12,110 nt of DNA from Candidatus Helarchaeota ASGARD archaeon Hel_GB_B (GTDB lineage: Archaea > Asgardarchaeota > Lokiarchaeia > Helarchaeales > HEL-GB-B): assembly GCA_005191425.1 (NCBI GenBank), contig SUPR01000100.1, forward strand, positions 1-12,110, written 5' to 3'. A program made the position numbers and the translations under genes. Within the stretch, counting starts at the first letter, position 1. Each line of letters starts with the position of its first letter. The notes beneath the pieces were generated by a model. The model was not told the DNA's origin. It made no database searches and was given only the letters and a program-made list of their open reading frames with translations. Shown here in pieces: positions 7,446 to 12,110 of this stretch.

Positions 7446-9101
7446 ATGGATAGAATTAACCAAATTTCTGGGAATAGAATTTATGAATATATGATGGATT
7501 TAATAAAAATTGGTTGGCGTCGGGTTGGGAGTGAGAAATATAAAAAAGCTTGTAATTATATTTTAAAAAAATTTAATGAATTTGGACTTGAAGAGACGAG
7601 ATTTGAGTCTTTTGAAATGTTACTATATACACCATTCAAGTGGCATTTAAAAGTAAATAGTGAATTATTGGGATTAAATAGTATTGAATTTGATTCTTAT
7701 CCTTTATGGCATACCAAATCTACAGATGAAAATGGGATTGAAGCAGAATTAATTTATATTGGATATGGTACCGAAAAAGAATATAATAAGAAGGATATTT
7801 TAAATAAAATTGTCGTTGTGGACTCTATTCGTATGATGTCTTTTTATCCAACGATGGATTTTTGGAGGGTTTATGAAAGGGTAAGAAAAAGTGGTGCAGT
7901 TGGACTAATAGTAATTCATGATTCTCCTCCAAATACATTATTTGTTGAATACGCAACGCGACATCAGACGCTAAAAGATACGAATTTAGAAAGTGGTAAT
8001 ATTCCGGCGCTTATAATAAACTATGAATCGGGCATGTATCTTAAAAAATTAATTAAAATTGGAGGATGTCTCACGGCAAATCTTTTATTAAAATCGGATA
8101 TTAAAACGGTATTAACAGATAATGTAGTAGGAACTTTACCTGGGAAAAAAGAGGACGAAATAATTTTAATTGGGACTCATTTAGACAGTTGGTTTGATGG
8201 TGCTATAGATAATGCAGGTGCAAATGCAGGTATGATCGAAATTGTTGATTATTATAGTCAATTAAAACAGAATGAAAGAGAAAAAACAATGATTTTTGTA
8301 GGATTTGCAGGACATGAAGTTGGTTCAATTGGTGCTATTGAATTTGCAAAAAAGCATAATGAATTGCTCAATAAGGTTTCGACTTTTTGTATGCTTGATG
8401 GATTTGGGTCTAAAGGCTATATGTTGGAAAATCCAAGTAGAGGTGTTATTGAAACAGGATTAGATGAAGCTAAAGGACTTTTTACCACAGAAAATCAAAT
8501 TTTATTTGACTTTATTAAAAGTGCTGTTTTTAAATATAAACTATTTCCATCAATGTATGTTTCAGCAGTTACAGGTCCATTTTCAGACTTGGGTCCATTT
8601 GTATCCAATTATGTACCGAGTATTATGATAATTGGAAAAGGGATTTTTTATCATACTATTGAGGATACTGCAGACAAAATTTTACCGGACCAATTAAGAC
8701 GTGCTGCATGTGCTCACATAGAAATACTTAATAAAATTCACAATACTCCAACTAAATTTATAAAAAATGCTGATCGAAAAGGCATTCCACCAATTGGGGT
8801 TCCTAAAAAGGTTAAAAAAGGCTCAGTTTACGTTAATTTCAATATCACACCAAATCCAATGATAAGAGGTACTACAGCATTAATATACATTACATCATTT
8901 ATTAGTTCAGACCGGATTATTGTAGATTTAAAGTGGAAGATTAATGGAAAAGAAGTCCATTCCCCAATTTTACCCCAAAGATTTGGAAAATCCGGTACTC
9001 ATAAAATCGAATTAATAGTAAAGGATAATTATGGACATGAATATTCTTTTGTCAAATATGCCTATGTCATTAATAAAGTAAATAAAAATTTGAAAAATTG
9101 A
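7446..9101 (+). CDS. M28-family metallopeptidase with PA domain and C-terminal PKD/Ig-like domain
   Basis: PA domain ELIYIGYGTEKEY...ILNKIVVV. M28 motifs IGTHLDS, GAIDNAGA, FAGHEVG, MLDGFG, SDLGPF and YHTIED. The C-terminus (about 8832-9070) has the pattern W.ING...GTHKIELIVKDNYG of PKD-type folds. No signal peptide is evident. Confidence 0.88.
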   Translation: MDRINQISGNRIYEYMMDLIKIGWRRVGSEKYKKACNYILKKFNEFGLEETRFESFEMLLYTPFKWHLKVNSELLGLNSIEFDSYPLWHTKSTDENGIEAELIYIGYGTEKEYNKKDILNKIVVVDSIRMMSFYPTMDFWRVYERVRKSGAVGLIVIHDSPPNTLFVEYATRHQTLKDTNLESGNIPALIINYESGMYLKKLIKIGGCLTANLLLKSDIKTVLTDNVVGTLPGKKEDEIILIGTHLDSWFDGAIDNAGANAGMIEIVDYYSQLKQNEREKTMIFVGFAGHEVGSIGAIEFAKKHNELLNKVSTFCMLDGFGSKGYMLENPSRGVIETGLDEAKGLFTTENQILFDFIKSAVFKYKLFPSMYVSAVTGPFSDLGPFVSNYVPSIMIIGKGIFYHTIEDTADKILPDQLRRAACAHIEILNKIHNTPTKFIKNADRKGIPPIGVPKKVKKGSVYVNFNITPNPMIRGTTALIYITSFISSDRIIVDLKWKINGKEVHSPILPQRFGKSGTHKIELIVKDNYGHEYSFVKYAYVINKVNKNLKN

Positions 9102-9117
9102 TTGAGGAAGTATTTTC

Positions 9118-9645
9118 ATGAATTATAATGATTTTAAAAAAACTGAATTTTATAAATTTTTCAATTTAAACAAGACCAAAACTTCTATAAAAGACGATAT
9201 GACGGAAATTTATTTTAAAACTGGTGGATTTCAAGAATTTATCGATATTATAATTCTGATTAACAAAAATAATGATATTATAGAAGCAAAATTGATAATT
9301 GAACGGGAATGGATAGGAAATATAAAAAATATTAACCCATTTTGTAAGGATATAGTGAAAAGTTTTATTTCTGTATTCACGCCTCTAAATGATAAAAATA
9401 AAATAAATAAAATTATTGAAACAATTTGGAATTTAAAAGGAGAAAATGATTATATCCTGTATATTAAAGGGCCAGAAAAAAAGCAACATAAACTCAATGA
9501 AAAAGAGCAAAAGGTTATTGATGTATATTTAAATCTAATACCTTTCACTGAATTTAAATTAAAATCATCTACTTTTTTATTCAGAAATATTAAAATAAAT
9601 AAATCTGTTAAATTTAATATTATTTGGAAGATTAATAGTAAATAA
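9118..9645 (+). CDS. Hypothetical protein (175 aa)
   Basis: Intact ORF 16 nt after the M28 stop, with GAGG (9104-9107) upstream. No family recognised. Confidence 0.7.
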   Translation: MNYNDFKKTEFYKFFNLNKTKTSIKDDMTEIYFKTGGFQEFIDIIILINKNNDIIEAKLIIEREWIGNIKNINPFCKDIVKSFISVFTPLNDKNKINKIIETIWNLKGENDYILYIKGPEKKQHKLNEKEQKVIDVYLNLIPFTEFKLKSSTFLFRNIKINKSVKFNIIWKINSK

Positions 9646-9649
9646 ATAA

Positions 9650-10447
9650 TTAAATTACCGATTGTTCGATATCGAACCTGAATTCTTTTAATCCTAATTC
9701 TTGCGGAGTAGGTCTGTACAGGTCTTCTCTAGGTAAAATATTCTTAAAAATACTTCTAAACAATCGCCTGCCGAAATATATTATTATTCGTGGCATTTTT
9801 ATGGGATTTTTATTCTTTTTAATTATCGAATAATTTACTATTCTAAATGCTTCAGAAAAAATAGCGTGCGGTGTAAAAATACCATAAAAAAATTTCAAAA
9901 ACCAACTGAAATAGATAAAAAGTGGATTTGCAAAACCTTGAGATACGTGTTTTTTAAAAGCAATAACTCCTTTATTTCTATTTCTTGCTGGGATATAATA
10001 ATTCGGTAAATAAGTATAGTATAATAAATATAAAGGCTTTTTATTTAAATGTTTCCAGACATAATAAACGGTTTTCGCTAAGTTTATATGGTCAATATGT
10101 CGGTCAATTGTATAAAATGGGTCTGGTGCAAAGATGACATCGGGTTTAATTTTTAGGATAAAATTTTTAATAATTTTAATAGATTCTTTATCAAATCTCG
10201 AATATCCATCAATATAACCAATCCAATATAACTTATTTATTCCAACAACTTTTGCAGCTTCCCTCATTTCTCGGCGTCGAATTCTCGATATGCGTTCACC
10301 TTTAAAATCATTTCTATCTGTTCCATACTCATCTGCAGTATAGCAGGCCATTATTACATTATGCCCATTATTTACCAATTCGATTTCTGTACTAACACAA
10401 CTAAATTCAATATCATCCGGATGAGGTGAAAAAAAAAGTACCTTCAT
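9650..10447 (-). CDS. PIG-L/LmbE family N-acetyl-sugar deacetylase
   Basis: N-terminal FSPHPDDIEF (HPDD metal motif), RRREMREAAKVVG, KPDVIFAPDP and HIDH motif. Confidence 0.92.
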   Translation of the reverse strand: MKVLFFSPHPDDIEFSCVSTEIELVNNGHNVIMACYTADEYGTDRNDFKGERISRIRRREMREAAKVVGINKLYWIGYIDGYSRFDKESIKIIKNFILKIKPDVIFAPDPFYTIDRHIDHINLAKTVYYVWKHLNKKPLYLLYYTYLPNYYIPARNRNKGVIAFKKHVSQGFANPLFIYFSWFLKFFYGIFTPHAIFSEAFRIVNYSIIKKNKNPIKMPRIIIYFGRRLFRSIFKNILPREDLYRPTPQELGLKEFRFDIEQSVI

Positions 10448-11199
10448 TAATTTAAAATAATATTATTTTATTTTTAACTTTTACAACCATCTAAATTATT
10501 TATTATTTCGGATTTTTATCGTATTTTGAAGTTTTTTATCAAAATTAATTGTACCATGGATAATTTATTTAACCCACATATTATAAAGAGAGAATTTGTA
10601 ATCAAAAAAATTAGACGAATTAATTAGAACTAAAAAATTGTTATATAAATTGAAAATATCTAAAAAATTGGCTAATTATTTTAAAAAAGAAGAAGATTAA
10701 GAAATTTATTCAGTAGTACAATAGAAATAACAATTTAGTTTGTATATGTGCTTTTATTAAAATTAGATAAAGAAAAAATACAAGATACACTGTCGTTTAA
10801 AAAATTCAAAAGGAAATTAGATTTAATTACAAAGTTTAAAAGAATAAATTGAGATTATTATAAATTGTATGTTATTAATTGAACTTTTTAGGGATTTAAG
10901 AATGTATTTTTTAAAAATTAATATCTAAAACATAGTTTATATATATTAAAATATAATTTAATTGCTCTTTAAAAAATAAATTAAAATATCTTTTTTAAAA
11001 ATAAGGTTTTACTTAAAAAAATTGCAAATAAAAAATTATGTCTTGGCATATAAAACTTTTAAATATAAAGAAAATCTTGCAGGTCAATGAATTTCAGAAA
11101 TATATCTATTATTTTTACCAAATTAAATTTTTGGTGTATCTATGAATGCTAAATCTTAAAAAGTCAATTTGATAATAATTTTGTCAAACATTTATTTAA

Positions 11200-11240
11200 A
11201 AAGGTTTATAAATAAAGTAACTGTACTTTTAAAAGTATTA
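11200..11240 (+). promoter_or_regulatory. Candidate BRE/TATA promoter of tbp with overlapping palindrome
   Basis: Purine-rich AAAGG immediately before TTTATAAA (11205-11212). A perfect palindrome TACTTTTAAAAGTA (11224-11237) lies near the expected start site. Confidence 0.45.
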
Positions 11241-11285
11241 TAACTTTTTTTGAATTAAACAAAATTTAGTTTGTGTGCATAAAAG

Positions 11286-11873
11286 ATGTCCGATATAGAT
11301 AGCTCTGAAGAAGAAATTGACATCAAAAGTCTATATAAAGTAGTAAATATAGTAGCAAGTGTTCAATTTGAAATAGAAGGTCTGATAGACTTAAATTTAA
11401 TAGCATTAAAAAATAAAAATACCGAATACAATCCAGATACATTTCCTGGACTAATTTTGAGGTTGCAAAAGCCAAAAAGTACCGTTTTAGTATTTTCAAC
11501 GGGCAAACTTGTAATTACAGGATTGCGAAAAACAGAAGATGTTAATCCTGTTACATCTCAAGTAATTAAAATCCTTAAAAAAAGTCGAATTAATATTATT
11601 GGAGAACCAAAAATTGTCATTCAAAATATAGTAGCAAGTGGAGATTTACATATAAGTATCAATTTGAATTTAATGAGTATTAGTCTAATGCGAGCGTTAT
11701 ATGAGCCGGAAGTTTTCCCAGGACTTATATATAGGATGGACAACCCAAAAGTAGTGTTTCTAATTTTTGCCAGTGGCAAAATAGTTTGTGTTGGTGCTAA
11801 GTCGGAAGAATTTATTCAAGAAGCAGTAAAAAAATTATTAACTCAAATTCAAGATTTAGAATTTGAAATGTAA
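11286..11873 (+). CDS. tbp: TATA-box binding protein (archaeal TBP)
   Basis: Two direct repeats: VNIVAS...YNPDTFPGLILR...LVFSTGKLVITG and QNIVAS...YEPEVFPGLIYR...LIFASGKIVCVGA. All four DNA-intercalating Phe positions are present. Short acidic N-terminal extension. Confidence 0.98.
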   Translation: MSDIDSSEEEIDIKSLYKVVNIVASVQFEIEGLIDLNLIALKNKNTEYNPDTFPGLILRLQKPKSTVLVFSTGKLVITGLRKTEDVNPVTSQVIKILKKSRINIIGEPKIVIQNIVASGDLHISINLNLMSISLMRALYEPEVFPGLIYRMDNPKVVFLIFASGKIVCVGAKSEEFIQEAVKKLLTQIQDLEFEM

Positions 11874-11892
11874 TTTTATTTCAAATTTTTTG
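11874..11892 (+). terminator. T-rich putative terminator after tbp
   Basis: TTTTATTTCAAATTTTTT follows the TAA. Confidence 0.35.
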
Positions 11893-11938
11893 AATTAATT
11901 TAATTTAATTCATTTAATTTACATTTTTTATTATTAAT

Positions 11939-12110
11939 GACTTTTTACAAAATCCTATGCTTTAAAAATAAAACATCTTTAATTTTTATTTTTTTCCACT
12001 ATTTTTCCGCCGCAGTTCTCTATTACTTTTAACACAAGTCCCACCGACCTTCCTAACATCTTTTTTCCTATTTCCATTTCTTTTATTATTCCTTTCACCA
12101 AATCTGGAAA
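11939..12110 (-). repeat. Right copy of 172-bp inverted repeat
   Basis: Reverse complement equals 1-172 except one base (GCATAGGATT vs GCATAGAATT), which lies in the non-coding tail. Confidence 0.97.
11979..12110 (-). mobile_element. Partial CDS at the window edge, second copy of the repeated ORF C-terminus (possible transposase)
   Basis: Identical 43-codon open frame plus stop on the minus strand, running off the window end. Confidence 0.5.

Noticed and set aside
10429-10437. T9 tract near the 5' end of the PIG-L gene as a phase-variable switch
   Set aside because: The gene is in frame (LFFS), and a few 9-nt A/T runs are expected in DNA this AT-rich. It does show that homopolymer errors are not pervasive in this sequence.
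10448-11285. Archaeal replication origin
   Set aside because: AT-rich, but there are no ORB-like repeats with G-strings and no cdc6/orc1 gene adjacent.
1-12110. Complete linear replicon or virus with terminal inverted repeats
   Set aside because: The repeats begin mid-ORF at both edges, and there is no replication, terminal-protein or capsid gene. Truncated copies of a larger repeat fit better.
1-12110. CRISPR array or type III-E (Craspase) locus suggested by the TPR-CHAT gene
   Set aside because: No regularly spaced direct repeats and no Cas-like ORF were seen.

Overview
This is a strongly AT-rich archaeal segment: it carries a canonical archaeal TBP, and the gene mix suggests an Asgard host (inference only). 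The first and last 172 bp of the window are inverted copies of each other (1-172 vs 11939-12110, one mismatch). Each copy holds the last 43 codons of the same open reading frame, a stop codon and about 40 bp of tail, which is the layout of an IS-like element's 3' end, with both copies facing inward. Between them lie a large TPR-CHAT (caspase-like) protease, an unknown ORF, dihydrolipoamide dehydrogenase, a transglutaminase-like protein, a divergent HDAC-family protein, a PA/M28 peptidase with a PKD-like tail, a hypothetical protein, a PIG-L/LmbE deacetylase, an 838-nt non-coding gap and TBP. The best hidden signal is at the protease. Its real start is probably ATG 298, and a -1 frameshift at an A9 run (399-407) fuses a winged-helix domain to it. 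The run carries canonical slippery heptamers and is followed by a small hairpin. Whether this is recoding, phase variation or a homopolymer error, and whether the flanking repeats form a composite transposon or just mark contig breaks, cannot be settled from this sequence alone.
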